Positions 1-12,040 of a stretch of DNA of 64,000 bases are shown piece by piece. The DNA is from Patellaria atrata CBS 101060. Lineage: Eukaryota. The stretch is taken from contig MU006099.1 in the NCBI GenBank assembly GCA_010093705.1, positions 496,001 to 560,000 on the forward strand, in the 5' to 3' direction. The notes below the pieces were generated by a model. It made no database searches, was not told the origin of the DNA, and saw nothing but the letters and a program-made list of their open reading frames with translations. The position numbers and the translations under genes were made by a program. Each line of letters begins with the position of its first letter. Position 1 is the first letter of the stretch.

Positions 1-1199
1 GTCAGTTCTTTTGGGAGTTGCGAGGACCCGACGCCAGGGTAAAGCAAAGAAACGCTTCCAGCACGACTCTCACGAGGGCAAGAGAAACCAAAACCTTCGA
101 TAGCGGTGTCCGTCGTTGGGGATCCTGATTCACATTAATCGCCTAATTCGATTCTATCATTATGTGCTCATAATCTACAGAAGCGAATGCCGGAGATGAA
201 AAGGGATCCTTGGATTTGGGATGATAACGGGCTGCTTGTTCATCCCAAAAGTTGACACAAGTACTCAACTGCCAGTTTGGCATGGAGGTGCGGAGATTGT
301 ACCTCGTGATATCTGCTTGACGCGCTGGAGATCACGTTGGTAGGATTCCTTTGCCCTTTGGGCAGCAAACCAACGTATATTATGGATTATGATTCTACCT
401 GTACCATTATAACAGCAGTCAGCAAACAGGTAAGCTCTTTCACTTGCTATTCCGCAACACTTAAGCTTTATTATTGTACTGTATGGTACTTCTACTTTAA
501 CGGAGTACTTGTATAAGCACAAAATGCTTTTGTCGGACTGTCCCCCACGCGCATGCTCAGTCATCTCTGCTCACACCCACACTGTTGATGCGTTTAAAAC
601 GCGTGCGTGCGGTCAGCACAGTTATGTCACAGCGCCATACCATCGGACACCACATCATGCCGGTTGGCTGGTGTGAGGGGACATCGAATGAAATTTTGTG
701 CTCTGTGCTCACGCTTCGGCATCTCACATCTCATCTGATAAGTCGAAGCGGAGCGCTGCGGGGGGATTGCGGGCGGGCAGGCAAGGCGAAGGGAAAGGGA
801 GGGAAGGATTCAAAGGCGAAGGGTCGGAACGAGAAATCGCTGACCACCTCCAAAATCCTTCTCGGAACCAGCCAGATGAACAAACGGCATCCTTCTTAAC
901 ACGAGAGAAGTTCTGTTTACCGTTGTTACCATCTACCGGCCAGGCTGTTATAGTTACAACGTCGCACGTCCTGTTTTTCGGGGTTCCTAGCCAATCGTTG
1001 TGCTATATTCGCTTCCAAATCAGCCATAATGAACATTCAGGCTCATGTCCTGGCCAATGCAGGGTTTCCTATTTCTGTAAGTTTTGATCGAAGATTTCAT
1101 CTCAAACTCGCAAGTTCGCAACAAGTACCTGGATACGGAGTACAGGCTGCAGTTATTCTTAATTACAGTACGAGGTACAACGTACCAAAGCCATGTGTT

Positions 1200-2680
1200 T
1201 CTCGTCGATCTTTCATACTCCATGTAATAATCGTCGTACAGTTAATCAAAATGTCTTTCATTCATCTGACTGACATCACGTATCCTTTGCCATTGCAGTT
1301 CATCACCAGCATCGACCGTTCAGCAGCTGTGAACATCAACAACAAAATCTAGGAAGAACAGGACTCAAATCTGACAAGCACCCCTAGTGAAGTACATCAT
1401 AACCCTAAGCACCTCTTACGAGTGTTCCCTTTCCCCATATTCCACAGTAGATCCGATGCGATCACTACCTTACTTCTTCCTCCAAAACAGCCTGTGTCCC
1501 CCGTTTTCTGCACGAAAGCTTACCTCTTGTCATCCGCCATACTTGGTGCGACCACACCTCACAGCATGCGCGCCGCTTTTCTACCCCTCAGCCCTCTCCT
1601 ATTCTCGTCATCATCCAAATTTCAATCTATCCTCATACCCGTAACCACGTCGTCGGGTCTCCGTCTCGCACCGCCCGCATTCTCTCCATGAGTATGTTCG
1701 GCTGACAGCGCGCACCATGCTTCTCTACCATGAGTGCCCTCCCCTCCCTGTCGTCGTCGCATCCAGCTCAACGCAAAACCCTTTTTCGAGCGTTTTAGGA
1801 CAAATGTGGCAAACTGGCCGGAGGAGGGCCAGGGCAGCTCTGTACGGTGCTGCTTTGGCCCTGGAGACCCCACACCAACCAACGTTACAGCAGCAGTCTC
1901 CCTTCCAAACATATGTAGCGGATGATCTCCAACCACCTGGGGCCCTACAATGGGTTCGTACCTTCCACCCTTTCGCGCGAGCACAGCTTGTAGGCGGTCA
2001 GCCTCGCCGGAGCTGTATCTCCAAGTTTGGCGCCCAGCGACCGCAAGCTTAATAATGCTTTGAGCCTGCGAAAACCTGGGATCGGTTCCTTCAACTTTCA
2101 AATCTGCAGTCAGGCAGCCAACACGGTAGTTTCATTCGCAGGTTTCGAAAGAGGTAGATCTGTCAGGTGAGTATACATGAGTTCTTTTGTGTTCTAACTT
2201 TGTGAGTGTCAGCGGTGACTCTAGCACTATGGAATCCAGTTCGGCGAATTGCTGAAAAATGGCGCAACGGGCATGCCTGCATATGGCGGTCGGTGTATTA
2301 CCTTACCTGCACAGGAAACAATGTGGTTTATGTGCGGGGGCTGCAGAGTCAGAAGGGGCGTGGGTAGGAGATACTCTTCCCTCTTCACTTTGTGACATCA
2401 GGGCACTGAGAGATGGTGTTGTACTGTATCGGCACTTTTTTAATATTCTAACACCTTATACGGGGCCAGCTATAAGATGTCAGTTGGAGTTTCTGTTTAA
2501 GATTGAAGGGTCCAGAGTAGTAAGTGTTGGGCCTGAGTATGCACAAAGGCGGCAGTGTGACTGCTGATTCGGGTTCACAATTACCATCCGAATGAAGAGC
2601 ACGCTCGAAATATCACGCTTTTTGTCCTTTTCGTATCCATGTCTTTCATTTTTGAGATGCAGTAGCACTAACTCCAGTCA
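1200..2680 (+). ncRNA. Candidate telomerase RNA (TER); ends approximate
   Basis: Template-like TAACCCTAA at 1400-1408 (1.5 copies complementary to TTAGGG). Pseudoknot-type pairings at 2138-2323, a putative enclosing helix 1323-1334/2326-2344, several hairpins at 2350-2625, and U-rich Sm-like and branch-point motifs at 2618-2677. No credible protein-coding ORF across the region. Confidence 0.7.
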
Positions 2681-4715
2681 TTATATGCTTTCCATCAATG
2701 ATATCCCTTTCCTGGCATATCTTCGAGTTGTAATTATCGTCTGCATGCTACTCATTATTAACCCCGTCAACTCTTCGCAAACAACTCTCCGCATTCTCTA
2801 CTTATAGAAACAAACAACACATCAAACACTTATCGCAATATACCTAGTCATCCAACGCCAACTGGCAGCCCCCTTATCCTATGCTCAGGCATTGTAATCT
2901 GTAACGCATGCCCACCCTTCTCGGTCCCAAGGGAAAGTAGAAGACCTATCTAGCCCTCAAGCTGCAGAGCTGCAATCAAACCCACGAGGCCCAATAAATT
3001 AAAATCTATCTACGTATCTTTTTTCATGCACGCATCAGATAATGTACCAAATCTAGGCCGTTTTTGCACACAACCACAGCCAAATTCACGCCAGTCAGAT
3101 CAGGGGTCCTTCAAACTGGACCTAAAATCCTCCCCCCCCCCCCGGGGGGGAACCGCTGCAAGAAAAAAATCTCCGGCTTGCGGCGTCCAGTGCACCCGCC
3201 CGTGGCTGATAAACGCACACTGTACGGGGACCTAATAACGCATGCTCTGTTCTACTTGCGTGCTGGACTTGCCCAAAAGCTGCACCATCACGGTCGTCGT
3301 TCAGCGGTAGTTGTCCGGTTTCAGTAGTCATGAAGGCATATAGGCACCTACTCAACTACGGGGGAATCTACACATCTACACAGTTTTCTCGTCTACCGAA
3401 ACACCAAAACACTGAAATAACAACTGACGCGTTGACAGAACTCGCTCCAACCTTTTCCTTGTCATACACGAGTTTTTTTCTGCGGATAGAGGCGGCGTGA
3501 AAATGGAACACATCTATATTTGTGTTTGTGTGAATCGAACTAGTTACGAAAGAAGACGTCGCTGTTGCTCTTATTAGTCAACTATCCAACTACCAAACTA
3601 ACAAAATTGACCTGGAGCATCTTCATCTCGGGGTTATCAAAGACCGAGTGTAGGTAGGGTCTACACATGCCGTACCGTAGGCCCGGGACGAGCCGCAGAT
3701 AAGATAGACGTACGCTACAGTATAAGTAGGGAGAAGATATGAGGGAGTTCCGTACGCATAGCCAAGTAGGTCCCGTTAGAACCACAATAGCGATAGCGCG
3801 AATAGGTTTGCATAACGAATATCTACATCCAACCCACTCCCCCAAAAAAAGAAAAATTGAATCCCAGTAGTTCCCCCCTCCCCTTCCCGTCGCACCCCCC
3901 ATGTCTGATATTCGTCGACCGACCCTACCTTACTCTCTCTTCTATTCCCCCATCCATAGTCTAACATACCGTACCACGACAGCATACGGCAATCGCGTCA
4001 TCTCATCACACGACGGTAGCACGATCAGAACGGTCCGCCCCGTCTGGCTTCCACCGTTCCTCGGCCGTTGTTATTGGAGGTGCGCAAGCGGTGTGGGGGC
4101 CGGGGCTAGGGCTGAGGGTTAGGGCTGACACTGGCGGCTAAGAGTGAGGGTGAAGGTGAGACCGTGGTTTGCGGTTAGCTGAATTGAGGTGGTATAGGCG
4201 TGTAAGGGGAGTATGAATGTGTGTAGATCTTGAAGGGAGGTGAAGGGGGGGGAATCCAACAGGGTTGGGTAATGCCGAAATATGGTGAGAGAAACCACTT
4301 TAGGACAATACGGAAGATGTACAAGGAACGGGTTATAGCTAGAACCAGTTCTAGAGCAACAAGGCACATGTGGATGGAGAAATAGATCGATAGAGATAGA
4401 GGGACGCCTTAGCGGAGATGACTGGAACTACAGTACTTACAGTATCAATTATCAAACCGTCATCGTTATTGTACTGTACACGCGCTATAATGTATCCTAG
4501 GTATATCACACTTATATAGAAATTAGCGGAGTAAGACGCCCAGATCAGCGAGTTTGTCTCCTGCGTTTTCACGTCGGACGGTCGGAGATTGATAGGTTTG
4601 CGGACACTGGATTGGATGGAGGAAAGCCTTGCTGACATATCTCACTCGACCCCCTCGAAACTGGGAACTGCGATATCTAGATCCCAAACGTCAAACGCAA
4701 GGTGCAATGTGATAT

Positions 4716-4767
4716 CCAGCACAGCCAGCACAGCCAGCACAGCCAGCACAGCCAGCACAGCCAGCAC
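4716..4767. repeat. 9-bp tandem repeat (CCAGCACAG) x ~5.8
   Basis: Directly visible perfect tandem array. Confidence 0.95.
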
Positions 4768-5368
4768 GACAAAAGTCCACATCCACCTATAAGCCCTTCA
4801 AGCGCTAAACAGATGCTGATTCCCCTATCACAACTCTTACAAGCATATTACAACCCCTTCCACTATTTCCAAACATACCACAAACATCAATGTAGGAAGT
4901 TCAAATGCATTGCATACTGTAACTGCATGTGACATCCCGCCACATGCACCAAGTGAGATGGAACGCCCTACTCCCCATTCCTCGGCGCTGAATCAGAAGC
5001 TTGAATGCTCGCGTAGGGGTGTTGGTTGCCGCATTCGGTCTTTCGTACATGGAAGCCTATATAATGATATAGGGATACCCTATAGGAACGCACGATAGTA
5101 GAATTCCGCTGAGCTATGTTTCGTGCAAATATGTCCACATCACGATCATGCATGTTAGTTACGCGGGGGGAATTTGGGGGAAAATGGCATTCATGAAGAA
5201 AAGTTGAGGGCACTGAAGGTGTAAGTCTATATTGTCCCTTTGTACAGTATATGTTCAAGCCCCAAGGATTTCCAACGCATACACTGTACATATGATCCTC
5301 TGACCGCAAATCTGACATCACCCCCTATCCTGCTCCACGATAATTCCCCTCAAAGCCCCAAGCCACCA

Positions 5369-7495
5369 TCACCCCCCCCGCCGCCGTCTCTCCGCAGCCT
5401 CCCACTCCTCCCGTCCCTCCTCCTCCCCTTCCAACCACACCTCCCTCCCCGTCCCCTCCCTTACAAACCACCCCGCCACCGCTCCTAATACGGCCAAAGC
5501 CGCGAGTCCCCACCACGCCACGCCCACCACGCCCACCCTCAACCCGTACCCAAAGACCCAACCCCCCACCACCGGTCCTATCGTCCTCGTCGCGCTGGAC
5601 ACGCTCTGCCCGACTCCATGAACGGTCCCCAGTACCGACGGGTGCGGACAGCAATTATTCACCAAGATAGTCGTTCCGGGGAGCGCGAAAGTGCGGGCGG
5701 TGACCTGGATGGCAAGGACGGCAGCGATGCCGAGCCAGATGCGGAAGCCGGCGGACGGGGAAGGAGGGGATGTAGTGGAGGGGATGAGGGAGAGGAACGG
5801 GGTCAGGGTATATGTGAGCGGGAACAGCCATAGCACCGTCCTGTACGTTGCGAGCGTGCCGAAGCGCGTTGAGGCCCAGGGGTAGAAGAGGAGTTGGAGC
5901 GATATCCCTATGACGCCTAGGATGGCTAGTGCGGCGCCGATGCGGGCGGGGGTAAGCGCGAGGCCGCCAGTGAAGTGTAAGGGGAGTTTTTGGGTGTGGG
6001 ATGGTGGGAAGGGGTGCGTGGGGTCGAAACGGGCGGCGGAGAGGTAGACGAACCAGAGGGAGTTGAAGGTGCCGATGTGCATTGCGAGGAGGCCGTGGGC
6101 GAGGAAGGTGGAGAGGACATTGCGGGTCCAGATTTGGCGGAAGGGGAGCTTGGGTTTAGGTTTGGGCTTGGGTGGAACCAACTTCTTTGGCGTGATAGAG
6201 GTATCTTGGAGCTCGATATCGTCATTGGCGGGAGCCGTGTGAGTGGTGTTTGAGAGTTCGCCGGTGGTTATCATGGAGTACCTATAGAATGTTTGGCCGC
6301 GCAGTACTATACGGATGAGCCACCCCCCCAAGCGGAGACCGTAATCTGGCTTGTCTTTCAGGATGTCGAGTGTCTCCTCTAGAAAGAGAAGCACCGATAG
6401 CGAGGCAAGAGAGAGGAAACAAGCATTTAGGAGATTCGGTAGCGCATAAGGCCACTTCATCATCCATGCTACGCCGTCTTTCCCTCCGAAGAATGTGTTG
6501 GGACCGAAAATAGAGGGATAGCTGCCGACTGGATCAGCAAGGAGGCCTCCAAGAACCGGTCCTATTATGACGCCAATGTTGAACGTCATTGGTAGTAAGA
6601 GAAAGGCGCGAGACTGGTATCTATACGACTGTCAGGACCATGCTGTATGTATGAAGATCGTATTGCACTTACTTCTTCTCCTTTACGGTCTCCGAAATCA
6701 TCTATGGTAAGTTTGGTCTTAGTACGAGGACACGGAAGAGAGCGAATGGAGATTAATATCTTGGGTGATTCTTTTCTACAGAGGTAGATATAATGAACTT
6801 ACTGTTCTCATAACTCCTAGGTTACCATTCAAAGCGCCCCCAAGTGCTCTGAAGAATATAGCCGTAGCAAAGTTCCTCGAAAAGCCGAACCCGACAGCAG
6901 AGATAGCCGTTCCAAACAAACCAACCAATAGAACCATCTTCCTCCCTCCCCATGAGCTGTCGGCAACTCTACCCCAGGCAATGGCAGTTAGGAACTGAGC
7001 GGCGGTAAAGGCTCCTTGTAACATGCCAGCTTGTGAGGAAATTGTAGAGTCTGAGAGTAACTCGTCGAATGATTTGAGCTGGTAGAACATATACGTTTGA
7101 AGGGAGCTTTGAGTAAGTGGCTCTGAGAGCCTGGCCATGGTCAGGACAAAGAGTTGGTCCTTCTTGGGTAGAGAACGCCATGTCACCGACTCCTCTTTTA
7201 CTGGTTCTATGTCCTCATCTTCGTCTATAAGGGCTACTCCCGTAGGGTTTGCAACGAGGTTTCTATTTGAGAGTAAAGGCTGCTGGATATTACCCTGATC
7301 GTATATCTCATCATCAGATATGGAAGATCTGCGGATTTCATCAAAGGCGGGAGAACGGCTCCTGTTCCTGGGCTGGCTACCAGTGAGAAGTGACCGGGAG
7401 GAAGTAGTACCCTCTATGGGGGAGAATGGATTATCCGGTACATGTTGCTGTTGAGACACCTTATGGTGACCACGTGGGCCATTGTCAAGTTTCAT
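5369..7495 (-). CDS. Major facilitator superfamily transporter (YCR023C/ZIFL-like); exons 7495-6803, 6701-6673, 6620-5369
   Basis: MFS motif A 'WGRVADSSWGGRKMVLL', 'RALGGALNGNLGVMRTMISETVKEKKYQSRAFLLLP' after splicing two GT-AG introns, and 'IGPVLGGLLADP'. Multiple TM segments. Confidence 0.93.
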
Positions 7496-8181
7496 ATACA
7501 ATTCTTAGACGCTTAATCGCTTATCAAAGCTCTTGTATGTCAGAAGTGGAAACAAGCTCCAGAACAATAAGCTTAAGTTTAGTGTACCACTTTTGATGCT
7601 GTAACCCACATCTACAAATATCTGACAGGTAGGAACACATTTTGAAAGAAATGATAGAATTTGACACCTCAGAGTGGAGGGGGTGCGAGTGGCGGCGTGG
7701 AGATCTAGTGTCCCTATTCCCGAATGCCGACCGGCCCTGAACCGGCAACCGTTGGACCTTCCTATCGTGTACAATTTCACGTGATATATGCTTTTTAATC
7801 ATTGGAGATTTATCAAAACCGTCGGTCGTATAGTGCGTACCGAGTCTGTTTGGAACAGAAAAAGCCCTCTTGAATTATTAAAGTTTATGGAACCACGGCT
7901 CCAAAGGGGTCATTTCTGGCCCACTTCCCCAACAATCAATACACTATTATCGAGTAGCAAGGTGATGAAGCAGATCGATGATTATTACGCTTACAGACTT
8001 GTGAAAGTTTTAGTCCATGGAAATACTTTTACTCATTATTTACACAAAAACCAGCGCCAGCCGCTAGTATTTCTAAGTTCCCAACACCAAGTGCTCCGGG
8101 GTATCCTAACAATTTTGGTCATTAATCCATCTCTTTAGTTTGCTACATGTCGCCTCTTCACCGCTGCTAGCATTAGAAAAT

Positions 8182-9369
8182 CTACGAGTAGACCTCAGGC
8201 TCAAACACCTCCGGTTCATCTCTGCCCATCAATGTCTCAAGCTGATGCGCATGGAAGTGGCTCCTCTTCGCAACAGTAGTACCCCTGAAGACCTTGATAT
8301 AGTTGATCTCCCAGTACGCCTGCGTAAATGCTGAAGGAGTTCTCCTGACATATTCCTTGCAGCTGTCATAACCATTCTTGCCAGAGTACATCGGGCAGCC
8401 AGAGGTTCCATAGACATTTCCAGCCCAATCACCGCAGAAGACTGTGTTGACAATCAATTTGTGTTGCTTGAAATGGCTGGAGCTGCAACCGGTGCTGGGG
8501 ATATGAGCGGTTGGAGTACCCCATCTTTCGGGTGTAGGAGCACCTTGGGTGATGGATGCTGGAACGCCGCCGCGGGGGAAGAACCAGATCTTGATACCGG
8601 CGCTGGTCCATTCCATTGCGTAAATACCACCGTTGTTGGAATTGAAGCCGTTGCCAAAGGACTTTGCGGCATTAGCCCCAGCAACAGTGGTCGCACAGCC
8701 GGCGGTGGAATGGGAAACCTGTTCTTATATTAGACCGGTTCATTACTATGGAATAAGTAGAACACTAACCGAGCAGTCGGGATCTGCCAGAGTCCCTGTT
8801 TGCTTTTGACCAACTACCTTGCAGTTGTTCGAGGTGTGAAGAACGATTTGGTTGGCAGTTTGGCGGTTCACCCCCTCGATGATATCGATCTCTCCGTTCG
8901 TGGGCCAGGTACCTGACCCCAAAGTCCAGAAAGCGGGCCATACACCGCAGGCATTACCAGGCATGTGCTTGATGTCGGCAATGAATAGGCCATAGGTCCA
9001 AGTCTTCTTACTCTCGATCCGTACACTTTTTCGGCCGACAGCGCTCGTGGTGAGTACGGTTTTTGAATCAGCCCGGATAATAGCTGAGGTGGAGCTAGCA
9101 CTGATAAGTCCGGCACTGCTGGCCGCGGACTGGGAAACGTATCTGATGTGAGGTTAGATAGATCCCATAGATGCACCGAAACTTCTAAAGACTCACTGGA
9201 CGTAACCATGCGTAGGATCTGCTGCTGTAAAGAAATTGAAGTTGTTGAAGAATGAAGTTCCCCTGTAGGTATCCGAGATAGTGTATTTGATCTGTGCTAA
9301 GGCAGGAGAGAAGAACAGAGCCAATAGCAAGCATTGGATGCTCACAATGAGAGTTGACTGATGAGCCAT
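8182..9369 (-). CDS. Secreted GH16 endo-1,3(4)-beta-glucanase; exons 9369-9197, 9142-8770, 8718-8182
   Basis: Signal peptide, 'DPTHGYVQYV', 'GRKSVRIES', 'CGVWPAFW', catalytic 'GEIDIIEGVN', 'GGIYAMEW', 'FCGDWAG'. Introns have GT/CTAAY/CAG. Confidence 0.95.
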
Positions 9370-12040
9370 TATTGTATTGAAAGAGCGACCAGTGATACTA
9401 AATGAACGTGTATAAGTGTTGTAGAACACTAAAAAACGGTTTACAGTTGAATTCTGAAGATGAAAGCCTCTCGAAGGGAGACGTCCTGGTGCACATCGCA
9501 TCTAGATATACCTACCGCCATGAGAAAAGAATAGTACCTGACTATACCACATTCTTCTAACACGAAGCCTGGGAGCGTCGTACGCAAGCCACCACTCGCG
9601 TGGAGATCACAGGGAGTAGTTTCGGTTTACACTCCTGGCCATACAGGATACGAGTTCGTACCAGTCGCTGTCATGGTCTAACTCGGCAGGTCGAAACAAA
9701 AACCCTAGATCTTTCCCAAAGCTTTTCCACGAGTAGAGGTGGCACCGGAGAACAGCGACTCGCTTGGGAAGGAGAGGCGCCAAAAACGCCGTGACAGATG
9801 TCAGAGTACTCGTGCAGTACCATTCAGCAACATACGCCCACTCACATGTATTGACTATGGGCGGTACCTGGGCGGTAGTGGGGTGTGGCTCCAGGCCAGA
9901 CGTACTCCAGGTAGCCGGTTGTGGAAACATGAGGTCCCTTTATGGTCTTCGCGCTACGGTTAGAAGGAAAATCGCAGAAAAAGGAGAAGCTTGAGACGGT
10001 CGACACGATCGAGGCTTCGGCATTATCCTGCGCTAACTTACATGGCGGCTAGCTCAGGAGAATCAGTACAATTAAGCGAAAGACCAAGGAGAACTTCATT
10101 TGCACCATATCCCCTCAGGAGGCCCATTTATGGCTCAGAACATCTTCACCGGAAATTTTATTATGTACCTGTTCAGCTCGTTTGATGCCGAGCAGTCCGG
10201 ACAAGAAAAGAGACGACTTAGTGAAAATACGAAAATTGCATGATGCGGAATATACCTTCAACTTTGAAAAGCGAATTGAATTATCGGAGAACCAACACGA
10301 GGTTCGTAAGATCCTTTAATGCACATAATATAGTCCCAGAACGATACAGAAGATTTAGACTATAGTCCAAGGTGATAAGTAATGAGAAATTCATTTCCCA
10401 CCCAGTCAAGCTGTACTACTTTCGCATATTCAATTACAAGACAAAGCGAGAATGCAAGACATTTCCTATAGCGAACTTACCGTACCTTCGTAAGTTCTGT
10501 TCTCAGCGTAGTTGTCCATCCTACGGGTTCTCTCTATCCCCGCTACGATTCTGCCTTGATATGAATCGCTTACGCGACCTAGGTAAGCAGGTGTTCATTT
10601 AAGCAGAATGTAAGAGAGCTTCAAAAACTTCGTTCCGTCCTATGATCGCTTCGATCCTTAGATTTCTTCCTTGTCGCGATTCTGTCCAGAGACTTCGCCT
10701 ACACAAGATCCTCTGCCCGATGAGCTCTAGCGTTTAGAGAGAAAGGGAAAAAGAAGAGATAGAGAGCGATAGATATTGATTAAATTGGCTGCATATCTAT
10801 CGCTACGTCAATCAGCTTCTATAGTGTGCTCGTGGTCTGGATAGAATGCGTAGTTGTAGGTTGTGCTTGGAATACCTTGATATTTGGCGACTGAGAATTA
10901 CTGAAAACTGAAATCCCGATTCCCAGGAGTGAAGGCCTCACTAAACAACAAAGGATGCTTGGGTTGATCCAGATTCATCGAAAAATTGAGAATCAATCTT
11001 TTTTAACGTTCCAGACTCGAACTACATTGCCACGTCATGCTCTAGAATTTGAATCCGATCATACCCGACTGGGAAAGGTCTCGCTGATAATTCATCGACA
11101 CTTGTCTTTGCTAAAGGCTGTTCCCCGCAACCGATGACCGAAACTAAGTCCATATTGCTTAATTAGACCCGGTATCTCCGTTGAGATACACAAGCAATGT
11201 GAGTGTTCTTGTATAATACACAGGTCCACTAACGATCTACCGGGGAGTGTGTAGAGCCAATCTCAAAGAGATCTTTTGAGGAATTTGGTGACCCCCTTGA
11301 AGGTGACGACGACCACACCGACATGGAATAGGTGGCAAACGCGATAGTCATGTTCTGCTGACATCCCCTCGGATGGACGACTCTGTCGTACACTTTAGAA
11401 AGGAGGTTTCGAAGAGAGCAGGATCCTGGCATCTGGAAGGGATAAGTGACAGAGTTGCTTGGAAGAGATGGAAGAATCGGACAGGTATACATCTCGAATG
11501 GTTCAAGTTAACGTTTCCACTAGAAGAGGGAGAATCTGATGGTAATTTGCACCAGTAGGACACGAATGTAACTCGCAGTACATTATTGAAACAGGACAAT
11601 GTTGTACGATTATGAGGGGCGGATCTTTTGAAATTGGGTCAAGATTACAATAGAGGAACAGCGAATATATCAATGATTAGACTGGGAGTACGGGAGTATA
11701 TGATCGTTACGAAGCGTTGATGCATACAGAAGACGTTGATCGGAAATATGAGTGAGTTGGTTCTTGTACATCGAGGTCTCAAATTCATCTGAGACTAGAC
11801 CGTGAAACAAAGAGTGAGGCCTGATCCCTTACAAGGATTAAAATTCAGCTGGCCTAGCTGATGCTGGTTCTGACACACCGGAGGCCGTAGTTAGTGGCCG
11901 TTGGTTTGGTTATATAAGTAAAATCCATTATCCATGGGATGAATAACAGCGATTGCGAATGTGGGAAGCCTGAGCTGTGCTCCTGTAGAATTAACGTACA
12001 TGAAGTTCCTGTTTTAAAGATGCACGTGCTCGTCGAGACA

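Noticed and set aside
265..2567. Numerous 60-160 aa ORFs in the first 2.6 kb
   Set aside because: No domain similarity, many non-ATG starts and overlap in all frames; better explained as non-coding RNA or promoter sequence
4100..4170. GGGCTAGGGCTGAGGGTTAGGG telomere-like hexamers
   Set aside because: Only one exact TTAGGG; looks like low-complexity Pro/Ser codon repeats on the minus strand rather than an interstitial telomere
10900..11600. Possible pseudogene between GH16 and the hydrolase gene
   Set aside because: Short protein-like patches only; no family recognisable, so it cannot be supported
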